Positions 1 through 9,919 of a DNA stretch of 29,156 nucleotides are shown in pieces. The notes under the pieces were generated by a model. It saw only the letters and a program-made list of their open reading frames with translations. It was not told the DNA's origin and searched no databases. Positions within the stretch are counted from its first letter, which is position 1. Each line of letters begins with the position of its first letter. Origin of the DNA: an uncultured Ruminococcus sp. (GTDB lineage Bacteria; Bacillota; Clostridia; Oscillospirales; Ruminococcaceae). The stretch covers positions 1 through 29,156 of the forward strand of contig CAMHUJ010000001.1 in the NCBI GenBank assembly GCA_946188175.1, given 5' to 3'. Made by a program: the position numbers and the translations under genes.

Positions 1-931
1 CATATTTGTTGATTGGATAAGATTCATCTTGTCCATAGACCAAATGGTCGGAAATAATTGTTTGATCAAAAACGATATGCTCAACCTTTACAGTATACGT
101 GCCAGAAGAAGCTGTTAATATCCAAACAGATTCGTCATCATTGACGTTCGTGCAAATGAGGAACGGAACATCATAATTTGGCAAGAAAAATCCACTCGAA
201 ACGTCATCGCCATAATATGTTATATTCCCAAGCACGGAAGTCCCCTTGAGCGTTCTCCCATTGTTTTGCAAAACAAACCACGGCTTATTCTGTAAAATGT
301 ATTGTGTGCCGTCTATCGTAATACGATAATATCCGTACCGATACAAAACATCTTGTTGATTCAGTAATTTGGCAAGCGGTTTTGGATACGAAGGATCTAT
401 TTCCGTTGTAACAGTCACGTCACAAACAGTTTCGTAACTCGTTCCGCTTACACCTGCCCCTTCAAATTTATTATTGATTTCGTTTAACGCCGTCTCCGCA
501 TCATCTGCCGCTGCTTCAGCACGTAAAACAAGCTGCTGCGCGACGTCAGTTGCCGGATCATCCGGAGAAATCGCGCCGTCAGGATTCTCGGCTTTTTCGA
601 CGAAGATCTGAAACGCTGCTGTCGTCAGTTTCTCGGTTCCTTCGTAAATCGTGACAGAGCAGATCAGATTCCCCGCTTTTTCCAGCATCCAATTCGTCAG
701 CGGAACCCGAACAGAACCGTCATCGCTAATCGATCCGACAAATGAATGATACGATCCATCTGACCGCTCCGCATTGATCACAACGTCGCCCTGCGTAACC
801 GGAACGACCCGTCGGCCGTCAAAAAACACGCAATTCAAGAATCGCGAATTACTGTCCTTCTGTTTCGCGAAAATGTCCTTTAGCACGTTCATTTTTGAAA
901 CATTTAGCTTCACATTTGATTCTGTAATCAT
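1..931 (-). CDS. bppU: BppU-like baseplate upper / tail fibre protein, 3' truncated by window edge (not in ORF track)
   Basis: ATG at 931 with RBS GGAGG; my translation MITESNVKLNVSKMNVLKDIFAKQKDSNSRFLNCVFFDG...INAERSDGS...VPLTNWMLEKAGNLICSVTIYEGTEKLTTAAFQIFVEKAENPDG stays open to base 1; N-terminus matches the BppU-N pattern. Confidence 0.75.
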   Translation of the reverse strand, partial: MITESNVKLNVSKMNVLKDIFAKQKDSNSRFLNCVFFDGRRVVPVTQGDVVINAERSDGSYHSFVGSISDDGSVRVPLTNWMLEKAGNLICSVTIYEGTEKLTTAAFQIFVEKAENPDGAISPDDPATDVAQQLVLRAEAAADDAETALNEINNKFEGAGVSGTSYETVCDVTVTTEIDPSYPKPLAKLLNQQDVLYRYGYYRITIDGTQYILQNKPWFVLQNNGRTLKGTSVLGNITYYGDDVSSGFFLPNYDVPFLICTNVNDDESVWILTASSGTYTVKVEHIVFDQTIISDHLVYGQDESYPINKY

Positions 932-941
932 AAAAACCTCC

Positions 942-3900
942 TTAATCAGTTAAATTCGTATCGGAGTATTCCGTGTAATGTCCAACCGGCATCGTCACAG
1001 CTCTGCTATCAGTATACTCCTCGGTCCCGCTTGCGTCAACGCTTTGCGGATTCTGATACGGATATGCCGTTTCGGTCGTCGGCGTTGTCAATGCATACAC
1101 CGTTGTCGTTCCATCAGTTACCATTGTGCTCCCGTCTGTTACGTCACCAGTCTGATATGCGCGAACACCGTACTTTCTCGTCACCGTGCCGTCAGATTCA
1201 TATGTGTCGCCATCATAATACAGCTTGTTATCTGCGTCGAGCTTCGGAATTCCATGCAACACAACAGTGCTGTCAAGCGGATACGCGGCTATCACGGCGT
1301 CCGAATCGTCGCGCATAACATGAGCTGATGCGTTAACCGACAGCAGTTCTCCAGCATTCCGAGCATAAAACGTCGATGGGAATAAGCTCTTAAACCACGC
1401 TACACCAGAGCCGGCATTCGCTTGCTCCAAATTGTAGATGTGATTTGCGATTGGAGAACCGAACATCTCGTCCAAATCAAATATCATCAAATCTTCAGAA
1501 ACAGCAGATGTTCCACTTGGAGTTGCGTTCGCAAGAAGGAATTTAAAGCTGCATCCATTTGTGGAAGGTGTGAAAACGCGGGATATATCAGTTCTGCCAG
1601 AGCCAGCCGTGATAATATACCTTTCATCCGCTGTCGAGCCAGAATAAAGACCGTATACAGCGTTATAAGTCTGAGATGGTGGAGTTATATAGCCAGTTAC
1701 CAGATATCTATGATTAGACTTCGATGTAAAATCACGAAGTGTAGCCGCTTTCTGGGCTGTCGTATTGGAATTCGACGTTATAGTCAAAGAATGACCAGTT
1801 ATTGATATTCCAACGCGCAAAGCGTCCCATGTATTTGTCGGCGTTATTTCGTTATAGTCGCAATATTGATTCCACGTCACAGTCCCGCCGACAAGCATAT
1901 CAATCTCGCGGTTTCCAATTGTCATCCCGCCAGCACTTGCACGCTTTATGTACGGATTCCGATCGGATATCACCGTCGCACCATTGACATTCAAAATTGC
2001 AGCATTTGACTCAACCTGTCCCTTGTTGTTCGACGCCACGCATTTGAATTTGAAATTGTTCATATTGGTCCCGATGTTCGTCAGTGAGTATTCCGGCGCC
2101 TTTGCTGCATCTCCGCTAATCGTCACCCAGTCAAACGCAAACTGATTTTTCATATACCACTGATACGCCGTCGCATTCACCGCAACAATCGCAAATGTCG
2201 CACCATCTCCAACGTCTACAATTTGGCTGACCGGCTGATCTGTAATCGAAACATCCGTGATCTTTCTCGCGGTGGCGATCCAACAGATGCCGAGCGTTCT
2301 GTTCGATTCGTAACCATTCGTCAAACGTGCAGAAAATCCGGTTTCTGTAATATTCCATATCGACGCTGTGCAAAGCTCCATACCGATCGTCTGTGGAGAC
2401 AGCATTGAGAACGTGACATACGGCTGCGTCATGAACGGAGTATCAAATGTCACAGAAACGGTTTTTGTTGTCCCAGGTTCGACCGCTGCTGCCTGGATAA
2501 AACCGGTCTGCAAAAACAACGGTGCTTCGATTTGCCCGTCAAACTGCGCATCCCAGTCGCACTCAAACCGGTCATCATACTGCACCGGACCTCCGAACCG
2601 AGCACACCGCCCATTCAAGCCAAACGAAACACCATTTACAGATGCGACATTGACCGTGTATGCTGCCGTTGATCCAAGCGCATCCGTCACAGTCAACCGG
2701 ATATCATACGTATATAGCAACGATATCGTCCCGAAGGTGTATCGTGTACCGCTTGCCGCAGAATTTTCTCCAGTCGTCCACGTCGATTCCGTATGTCGCT
2801 TGTATTCGATCTTCTTCACAGACGCAGAGTTATGACCAGCGCATGACGCGAAAGAATAATTTCCAACCGCTGTCACATACTGACCGCCGGACGGTGACGG
2901 ATTCCCTTCAGCCGTTGACCTGAATGCGGAAAACGCCAGTACAGCCGCCGGATAGTATTCATTCACCGTTCTCGTCAATGTTGCCGTCGCCGTTTTTCCA
3001 CGGCTGTCAGTGATCGTCGCCGTCCATGTCCGGCTCCCGGCGTTCTGTAGTAATTCCGACATGACGGTCGTTCCGATTCCGGTCTGTGATACACCATCAC
3101 CGGAGAAAACGATGCTCGAAATAGTTGCGCCGGATCCGGCAGTTACGGTCGCCGTCAGCGCAATCTTACTGAACCCCTGCACCAGAACGTCCCAGGAGGA
3201 GACCGTCTGATTGTCCGAAACATTTGCGCCGGTCAAGCTGATCGTCGGAACCACGCTGTCCGGAACCGTGACCGTGAACGATTTTGTGTCAGGCGTGCCG
3301 ACCTGCGATCCGTTGTTGTACGTCGTCAACGTTACCGTCGCAACAGCAGCCGTCGCCGTAGGGATCTGGTCAAGCCACGCTGCCGGAATGGTGAACGTTA
3401 AGCTCGTGCCGACATTCGTGTATTCAGCTGACCGAGTTCCAAGCGAGATCACGACCTTGTGCGTGAAATTCGAATTCGGTCTATTGATCTCAACAGTTCC
3501 TTGCGTCGAGCCATCTGCCGGAACAGAATCAGTCACGGACGTGATCGTTGACTTGACTATCGACCAGTACGGATACAGCGTCGCGCCAGCGTTCGCCGTG
3601 TATTTTCCACCAATATTATAAGCATAACCGGATCCGTCTGCACTCAACGACCAGCCGGTCTGCTGATACCCGCTCCGCGTGAAAATTCGACCTTTCAAAG
3701 TCAGATCAACGCCGCCAAGCTTCGTGTCGCTCGTGTCGGTCCCGGTCCCGTATGTGCCTGCGCGGTAAAAAATCACATACGACGATTGCTGCCAAACAGC
3801 ATACAGATTCATTGTGTACGACTGATCACTTCCGGTATTGTACGGAAACGTATGCGAAACGGTCGACCCTGGAGAGTACGTCGGAGTCGTCGCGCTTGCA

Positions 3901-4085
3901 TTCGTTGACCATCCGAGAAAATTATAACCGGAACGATTCGGAATTGTCGACGTGACCTCTTGCGTGATAGTGTACGGAAACGAGCGTGTATCAGCATACG
4001 GAATTTTTCTTGTCATGGACGCCGGTGCTCCGGTTCCTCCGTTTGCATTATATACTATCGTGAACGATAATTTGACATAAGCCAT
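942..4085 (-). CDS. Multidomain tail / host-recognition protein (two InlB B-repeat-like domains, DUF859-like core, H-lectin/gp53-like domain, Ig-like domain, C-terminal receptor-binding module)
   Basis: 1047 aa; YNANGGTGAP...PNRSGYNFLGWS and FTRSGYQQTGWS repeats; VSVTFDTPFMTQPYVTFS lectin-like segment; ITDQPVSQIVDVGDGATF...YQWY...KFKCVASN Ig motif; lies directly after Tal. Confidence 0.8.
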   Translation of the reverse strand: MAYVKLSFTIVYNANGGTGAPASMTRKIPYADTRSFPYTITQEVTSTIPNRSGYNFLGWSTNASATTPTYSPGSTVSHTFPYNTGSDQSYTMNLYAVWQQSSYVIFYRAGTYGTGTDTSDTKLGGVDLTLKGRIFTRSGYQQTGWSLSADGSGYAYNIGGKYTANAGATLYPYWSIVKSTITSVTDSVPADGSTQGTVEINRPNSNFTHKVVISLGTRSAEYTNVGTSLTFTIPAAWLDQIPTATAAVATVTLTTYNNGSQVGTPDTKSFTVTVPDSVVPTISLTGANVSDNQTVSSWDVLVQGFSKIALTATVTAGSGATISSIVFSGDGVSQTGIGTTVMSELLQNAGSRTWTATITDSRGKTATATLTRTVNEYYPAAVLAFSAFRSTAEGNPSPSGGQYVTAVGNYSFASCAGHNSASVKKIEYKRHTESTWTTGENSAASGTRYTFGTISLLYTYDIRLTVTDALGSTAAYTVNVASVNGVSFGLNGRCARFGGPVQYDDRFECDWDAQFDGQIEAPLFLQTGFIQAAAVEPGTTKTVSVTFDTPFMTQPYVTFSMLSPQTIGMELCTASIWNITETGFSARLTNGYESNRTLGICWIATARKITDVSITDQPVSQIVDVGDGATFAIVAVNATAYQWYMKNQFAFDWVTISGDAAKAPEYSLTNIGTNMNNFKFKCVASNNKGQVESNAAILNVNGATVISDRNPYIKRASAGGMTIGNREIDMLVGGTVTWNQYCDYNEITPTNTWDALRVGISITGHSLTITSNSNTTAQKAATLRDFTSKSNHRYLVTGYITPPSQTYNAVYGLYSGSTADERYIITAGSGRTDISRVFTPSTNGCSFKFLLANATPSGTSAVSEDLMIFDLDEMFGSPIANHIYNLEQANAGSGVAWFKSLFPSTFYARNAGELLSVNASAHVMRDDSDAVIAAYPLDSTVVLHGIPKLDADNKLYYDGDTYESDGTVTRKYGVRAYQTGDVTDGSTMVTDGTTTVYALTTPTTETAYPYQNPQSVDASGTEEYTDSRAVTMPVGHYTEYSDTNLTD

Positions 4086-5803
4086 TATTCAACCCTCCTC
4101 GGACTCAAAAACAAGCATTGAAGCGAACCGGATCCAACAACCGAAAAATACATCATCGCGCCAGGAATCCCGACAGACACGACACGAAGAACCGCCTCGT
4201 TGACGACCAGCTGTCCAGCTGCGAAATAGGCAATCGCGTTCTGCGTGCTGACCGTCGTTTCGTCTCCGGTGAAAAAATACAAGACGTCATTCTCAAGTTT
4301 CAGCTTGATCTCGCTCGTGCTTTCGCCGATCACGATGCCGCCCTGTTGCGTTGACGTCGTTGGCAGCAACCGAATGAACGAAAGAATGTTGTTGATCTCC
4401 GCATTATACCGACCGTCGATTTCCGTGATTGATTCTGACGTATAGCTGAAATTAAAATCAACTCGATCCGCAAGAATCTGCAGCTCGGACGCGATTCTTT
4501 GATAAAGCTGATCAAGAGACGTTGCGCTTTCGGACCGATACTCCTCCAAAGCCGCGAGAACGATCTCGTTTGCCTCTTGACGGATTGCGGTCATCTGCGT
4601 CAGCGTTTCCTCTCGAATCGCATCAAGATCCGGCTGAATGATGCTTTCGACATCGTCCTCGGTTGTATAATTTGATTCAATATATTCGATTCGATCAGCC
4701 GTGTCACTTTGAACCGATACCGCTGCACCGGTCACACTGGACCGAGAATCACCCATGCTGATCTCCAGTCGTAACGGAGCGTCGAGAGGTCGCGACAATC
4801 TCTTGATAACGAACGAACTGCTGCCGATCTCATCTGCTTCAACCTGCACAGAATCCAACCAGTGAAACGCCCGAAGATCCGCATTCAATCCGGAAAGATC
4901 GTGCGCAGTCAGGTCGATCTTTTGAATCAGCCGTGACGCCTTGTTTTGAATCCACGCTTGACCACGCGCCAGCAGAATCGACGGCTCATGCACATCTTCC
5001 CAAGTAGTTTCTTTGGTTGGTGCATAAATGGTACCATATATCGCAGCATTTGTGTCGTCTACCAGATAATCGACGCCGCTATTCACCGACGCGATCGTAA
5101 CATATTCCTTCGTCTGGTTGTCCTTCGCACCAAGCGGGACGCAAGCCGTATAGAATCCGTCATAGTTGTATTCGACTTTGTAACTTTTCAAATTTTCGCC
5201 AAAGCGAATATACTGTGTCGACGCGTTCCGCGCATTCATTGAGTAGTGCAGAATCGCACGCTCCTGGCCGTCATATGCAATCCAAATATAGCCGCCGATC
5301 ATCTTCAGCAGCTTTTCCTGAATCACAGTCCAGCAAGTATTGTATCCCTCCGACGAGCGCACTATGTTCCCAACATCGACGTCGCACACAACCGAATAAA
5401 TCTGCTGATTCGATCCGACCTGCGCGTTGTTTGCGTTCACCACCGATTGCAGAAGCTCCGCAACCGTTCCATAAAACTCAAACGGTCGATAGATTCCGTC
5501 GCACAATACGCCGAGAAAATCCTCGACGTAAATCTCTTTTTCTGCGTTGATATTTGGCGTGCTTTTCAGAATCCGGCCGGTCCAATATAGCGTGCTGTCC
5601 TCGTAAACCTTGATTCGCGGGATCAATTCGACGGACCGATCATAAGCCGGTGATCCCTTCTTGCATCGATATGTCAGCGAACAGAAATCGTCGGTCGTTT
5701 CATTCAGGACCGGATTCAAGATCAAACACTGCGGACGCCCATGCTCGTCAATAATGCTTCTGTTGTAAATGACGTACTCGTCTGCATAGACCGTAAAATT
5801 CAT
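4085..5803 (-). CDS. Tail-associated protein (Tal / tail spike, baseplate hub) with gp58-like C-terminus
   Basis: 572 aa following Dit; TACVPLGAKD, WEDVHEPSILLARG and LSGLNAD motifs; helical linker then LKLENDVLYF...IAYF. Confidence 0.75.
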   Translation of the reverse strand: MNFTVYADEYVIYNRSIIDEHGRPQCLILNPVLNETTDDFCSLTYRCKKGSPAYDRSVELIPRIKVYEDSTLYWTGRILKSTPNINAEKEIYVEDFLGVLCDGIYRPFEFYGTVAELLQSVVNANNAQVGSNQQIYSVVCDVDVGNIVRSSEGYNTCWTVIQEKLLKMIGGYIWIAYDGQERAILHYSMNARNASTQYIRFGENLKSYKVEYNYDGFYTACVPLGAKDNQTKEYVTIASVNSGVDYLVDDTNAAIYGTIYAPTKETTWEDVHEPSILLARGQAWIQNKASRLIQKIDLTAHDLSGLNADLRAFHWLDSVQVEADEIGSSSFVIKRLSRPLDAPLRLEISMGDSRSSVTGAAVSVQSDTADRIEYIESNYTTEDDVESIIQPDLDAIREETLTQMTAIRQEANEIVLAALEEYRSESATSLDQLYQRIASELQILADRVDFNFSYTSESITEIDGRYNAEINNILSFIRLLPTTSTQQGGIVIGESTSEIKLKLENDVLYFFTGDETTVSTQNAIAYFAAGQLVVNEAVLRVVSVGIPGAMMYFSVVGSGSLQCLFLSPRRVE

Positions 5804-6459
5804 TACAGAGATCCCTCCCTATATGAAAACGTGACCGAAGCGGACCCGGTGATCGTAACGACCAGCGACCCCTGCGTCAATCGCAACCCAGGAATGCGTA
5901 CCGTCGCCGGATACGAACTTGCAGACAACTGCTTCGAGTTCGTTCCCCAAGCAATCGTTACCGCACCACCGATTGTCACGTCCGGAACGACCGGCATTCT
6001 GCCATTCGTCAGCGTCACGGTCCCGCCTCCGGTTTTCGTCACCGTTGTCGCCGTTTTTTTGAATTTATACGGATAGACCAGAGCGCTCATCAGATGTGAA
6101 TGGTCCTTTGATTCGTATTCCGAGACCGTCAGTCGACCGGCCCAATAAAAATCCGGGTCGTTTGAAAACGAGATCTTCACGTCTTGCCCGTGATAGGCGT
6201 TCATGAATGATTGAAAATCCGATTGCCAAGAATCTGACGGATGTTTGCAGTCCAGCGCTAACGTACGAGGCTCATAAAACACCTCGCCAAATTCTTCTGT
6301 GCTGTCGAGCGATCCATTCATGCCAGGAATCTCGTCATAGATGACCTTCGGAGTCGGCGCCGACAGTTTCCGCCATTTCAAATACAGCCCGAACGTCGTG
6401 TCGACCGCAACAAAATCGTTGTCAGCCGGTCCTTTGATGTAAAGACGATCAATATTCAT
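5803..6459 (-). CDS. Distal tail protein (Dit)
   Basis: 218 aa directly after tape measure; EIPGMNGSLDSTE...YEPRTL and NDPDFYWAGRLTV motifs. Confidence 0.8.
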   Translation of the reverse strand: MNIDRLYIKGPADNDFVAVDTTFGLYLKWRKLSAPTPKVIYDEIPGMNGSLDSTEEFGEVFYEPRTLALDCKHPSDSWQSDFQSFMNAYHGQDVKISFSNDPDFYWAGRLTVSEYESKDHSHLMSALVYPYKFKKTATTVTKTGGGTVTLTNGRMPVVPDVTIGGAVTIAWGTNSKQLSASSYPATVRIPGLRLTQGSLVVTITGSASVTFSYREGSL

Positions 6460-8495
6460 CAGTTCTTACCTCCCCAACGCGCACGCAGCTTTTGAATGTC
6501 TCCGAGATCACGGTCCATTTTTGCGGACGTGGACCCGACCCACTTATCTCCATCAATGTACAGATTGATTACACCGCCGGATCCAAATTCGGAATCGACA
6601 CCAGCAAGCGCCGGAACACCGAATCCTCCGATGCTCGGAGGCGTGAACAGATTCCCGAAATCGAATGCGTCAGCAACAGTTTGAGACAGCTTTCGCTCGT
6701 TGTCTGTGATACCTTTCATAAAAAGGTTCATCATGTCCGGAGCGTAAGTATGGAAATCAGAAAGCGGACCATCTTCCGGTTCCGAGAATCCAATAAAGGA
6801 CCGGATTTTACCGGCAACGCTCGATATTTTCTGACCAAGCGCACCCATCTTTGACGATATACCGTTTATAAAGTTTTGAAGCAGGTCGGCGCCCCATTTT
6901 TTGGCATCTCCAATCACAGACGACACACCATTTTTGACTGCATCGACCATGTCCTTACCACTCCCGAATAGATCCCGGAGCGCCGAAACGATACCGGAAA
7001 CCAGCGCAACGATAATTTCCGGACCCATCATGATAATCTGCGGTAGGTTTTGAATGATCCCCTTAACAAGCGCAGCGATCAATTTACCGGCTCCCGCAAG
7101 AATCTTCGGAATGTTTCTAATCAGCGCCGCGACAAACTTTTCAATTATTTCAGGTGCTTTCTCAAGAAGAATCGGGATCGCCGCCATAATTCCATCAACC
7201 AAGCCCATGACCAATTCGATTGCCGCATCAATGAGCAGGTCAATGTTATCAAGAATTCCGGTCACAATCTCGATGATCATTGATATCGCTGCGGGGATAA
7301 GTTCAGGCAGCGCCTCGCCGATAGACGTCACAAGCTGCGCGACAATCGAAGCCGCAGCTTCAACCAACGCCGGAAGATAATCGAAAATTCCCTGGATTAC
7401 AGCCATCAGCAGCCTCATCCCTGTATCGATCAACGTCGGGGCATTAGTCATAATCAGATCGACCAACATCGGGAACAACTGTTCAAACGCATCGATAACA
7501 GAATTGACAAGAGACATCCCGATTTCGATTGCAATTGGAACGATTTCATTAATGATCCCAGGAAGTTCATCGGCGATTATTGGCGCGATATCACGAAAAG
7601 CCTTTCCGATCCCCTTCAGAGCTTGTGAAAAAACCGGAATAATATTCTTTGCGAACGATGTAACCGACTTGATGACATTATCCATTGCAACAGAAATATC
7701 ATCTCCAGAAGCGAACGCAACGAGTAGATCTTGCCACGCCGCCTTTGCAGATGCAGCGGAACCCGCGATCGTTTCCGACGCCTCGTTTGCAGCGTATCCG
7801 GCAAGCCCTTGCATTTCGATATAATCGACAAGCGCGGATTGCACGTCGGCGAGATTGTCTATTTCGTATGCAGTAGCACGACCATTTGCTTCATTCCATT
7901 CATTGACCTTATCAATGACCTCTTGCATACCTTCCTTTGTTGGCGTTATGCCGAGCTGCAAGTTGTCAAGCATGGTGAAATTGCCCTTCATGATGCCGTT
8001 AAAAGCATTCTGAACGGCTTCTTGAGTGTTACCAGTTGCCGCAACGACATCAGCTTCTGCGGTGACGATTTTCGCCGCCAACTCCGCCGCTGCTTGTTCG
8101 TTTCCGCCAAGTGCCGTTTTAAGACCAACAGCAAAGCCGTTGACCTGCTGCAGATATTCGTTTTGAGACATCTGCACGTCTTTGTATGCAGTTTTGGATT
8201 TGTTGGCTATATAATCATATGCATCGCCAAACAAAAGTTCAGCGCCACCTACAAGCTGCTCATAATTCGCGTATGCGTCTGTCGCTTGCTTCGCTAAATT
8301 AATAGCCGCCGCCATTCCGGCTGCAACTCCGGCTGCTGCGACCTTTGTGGCTGTTCCGATTGCACTCGCGGCTTTGCCAAGACCTCCACGCAATTTGTCA
8401 GCGAACGAAGATCCTTTGCCTTCTGCGTCTTTCAGCCCAGATTCATAACCACGCGTATCAAGCGTGATTTTTGCAGCAATATCAAATAGGTCCAT
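6459..8495 (-). CDS. Tape measure protein
   Basis: MDLFDIAAKITLDT start with GGAGG RBS 8 nt upstream (the ORF-track start at 8510 is probably too early); Ala-rich helical repeats; EPEDGPLSDFHTYAPDMM C-terminal motif. Confidence 0.9.
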   Translation of the reverse strand: MDLFDIAAKITLDTRGYESGLKDAEGKGSSFADKLRGGLGKAASAIGTATKVAAAGVAAGMAAAINLAKQATDAYANYEQLVGGAELLFGDAYDYIANKSKTAYKDVQMSQNEYLQQVNGFAVGLKTALGGNEQAAAELAAKIVTAEADVVAATGNTQEAVQNAFNGIMKGNFTMLDNLQLGITPTKEGMQEVIDKVNEWNEANGRATAYEIDNLADVQSALVDYIEMQGLAGYAANEASETIAGSAASAKAAWQDLLVAFASGDDISVAMDNVIKSVTSFAKNIIPVFSQALKGIGKAFRDIAPIIADELPGIINEIVPIAIEIGMSLVNSVIDAFEQLFPMLVDLIMTNAPTLIDTGMRLLMAVIQGIFDYLPALVEAAASIVAQLVTSIGEALPELIPAAISMIIEIVTGILDNIDLLIDAAIELVMGLVDGIMAAIPILLEKAPEIIEKFVAALIRNIPKILAGAGKLIAALVKGIIQNLPQIIMMGPEIIVALVSGIVSALRDLFGSGKDMVDAVKNGVSSVIGDAKKWGADLLQNFINGISSKMGALGQKISSVAGKIRSFIGFSEPEDGPLSDFHTYAPDMMNLFMKGITDNERKLSQTVADAFDFGNLFTPPSIGGFGVPALAGVDSEFGSGGVINLYIDGDKWVGSTSAKMDRDLGDIQKLRARWGGKN

Positions 8496-8792
8496 TGTCC
8501 GAACCTCCAATCTTATTTACGCCTTTTTTGATTCTTTCCATGATTTCCGTTTCGGATTCAACCGGCTTCGATTCACTCTTGACAATATCGTGAAACCACG
8601 GAACGTCCTTCGCTCCGGCTGCGATCTTCGCCATCGCCGCCATATAAAAACGGTACGCCTCGTCCTCGTTCTCTTGATCGAGACGTGATTTGACGTACCG
8701 TATGAATAACCGTGCGCTTACCGGTCCTCGGTATTCTCCGATAGCGGACCAGACGATTCTGCTGCCTCTGTCTGATCCGGCGACGTAAAAAG
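8482..8792 (-). CDS. Tail assembly chaperone extension (gpT-like), reached by probable -1 frameshift from the upstream chaperone
   Basis: Open -1 frame ...VWSAIGEYRGPVSARLFIRYVKSRLDQENEDEAYRFYM...ERIKKGVNKIGGSDNGPI*; no ATG/RBS ahead of the conserved part; CTTTTT at 8792-8787. Confidence 0.65.
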
Positions 8793-9068
8793 CGCAGACA
8801 GCTCCGGATCGTTGAATAGGTCAATCAGCTTCTTCGGAATCTCCAAGAGCGACGGCTCATAGGTTTCCGGATCTTCTCCGTCAAGCACCGCCAGCACATG
8901 CAGGACCTGCTTCGGATGATTCTTCAGAGCGATCGATGCGGCTGCCGCGATGTTTTTCGACCGTGCCGCCAGCTTGACCTTTTGATCGTTTAGAATTTCC
9001 GTTGCCGGTTCGATGATTTCCGCGATTGCTTCGATCGCCTTTTCACCTTTGATCTCGGACAGTTTCAT
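8718..9068 (-). CDS. Tail assembly chaperone (gpG-like)
   Basis: 116 aa between major tail protein and tape measure; RBS GGAGG. Confidence 0.8.
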   Translation of the reverse strand: MKLSEIKGEKAIEAIAEIIEPATEILNDQKVKLAARSKNIAAAASIALKNHPKQVLHVLAVLDGEDPETYEPSLLEIPKKLIDLFNDPELSALFTSPDQTEAAESSGPLSENTEDR

Positions 9069-9080
9069 GTGTGCCTCCTA

Positions 9081-9899
9081 TCAGGTTTCGTTTGCCGTTG
9101 CGATGATCTCGACAGCACCAGTGAGATTCGCCGCCGGAATAGTTACCTTATGATTCGACGCCGAATATCTCGACGCCGTCACATCGACGCCGCCGACCAT
9201 GACGATTGCGTTTGCGATCGTGTAGCCGGATTCAGCCGTCAGCGTGATCACCAGCTGCGCATTCGTCGGAGCAGACACGCCCTCGAAATCGGACGTCACA
9301 TGAATCAGCGTCTGATTGACGGACACCGCACCGGATCCGACGTCATCGGAGCTGTAAAACTCCATCGGAACGACCGTCTGCGCGGACAGCGATACATGAC
9401 CGGTGATCTCCAGCGATACCTGACCTTTTCCGTTCTTCGTCGTCTGCAACGAGAAACCGCCGGTCGACAGAGCGTTGATCAGTCGGATCGCAACGAAGCC
9501 GCCGTTTGCCTTATCTCCGACCCACCACAGATCGCGGAAATCGGACTGCGACAAATCGCGACGCGGAACAATCTTCGCGGAATTCGTGCCAGGAATATCG
9601 GCAGCACCCAGCGCCAGCTTAATAAGCGCCGGAGAAGTGCCAAGCGCGGTCGTGCTGATCTTGCATTCCCAGCCATCCAGATGCTTGAACTCCTTCAGAT
9701 TATTCGGAGCATTGTCGACATCTTCCGCAAAGTCCGAATAGGTCGGAACGCATGACGGATTGATGCCACCGGTCGTCGCGCAGATGATCGCGGAATCAGC
9801 GATCTGCGGATTTGCCGGATTGAAGCTCGAAAGCAGAACACCCGCGTCAAGCTGCAGTTCATCGAATGCGCTCTGCGGAATAACAGTAAATCTACCCAT
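9081..9899 (-). CDS. Major tail protein with C-terminal Ig-like extension
   Basis: 272 aa; LQLDAGVLL...CATTGGI...GGFSLQTTKNGKGQ core (~190 aa) plus an ~80-aa beta-rich tail. Confidence 0.85.
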   Translation of the reverse strand: MGRFTVIPQSAFDELQLDAGVLLSSFNPANPQIADSAIICATTGGINPSCVPTYSDFAEDVDNAPNNLKEFKHLDGWECKISTTALGTSPALIKLALGAADIPGTNSAKIVPRRDLSQSDFRDLWWVGDKANGGFVAIRLINALSTGGFSLQTTKNGKGQVSLEITGHVSLSAQTVVPMEFYSSDDVGSGAVSVNQTLIHVTSDFEGVSAPTNAQLVITLTAESGYTIANAIVMVGGVDVTASRYSASNHKVTIPAANLTGAVEIIATANET

Positions 9900-9919
9900 A
9901 GCAGATATTTCCTTTCGTG

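Noticed and set aside
942-4085. Possible DGR target or invertible tail cassette
   Set aside because: No reverse transcriptase, template/variable repeat pair, invertase or crossover repeats seen in the window.
8573-8824. 83-aa minus-strand ORF overlapping the chaperone end
   Set aside because: This is the +1 frame, Arg-rich and non-protein-like; the -1 frame carries the plausible gpT sequence.
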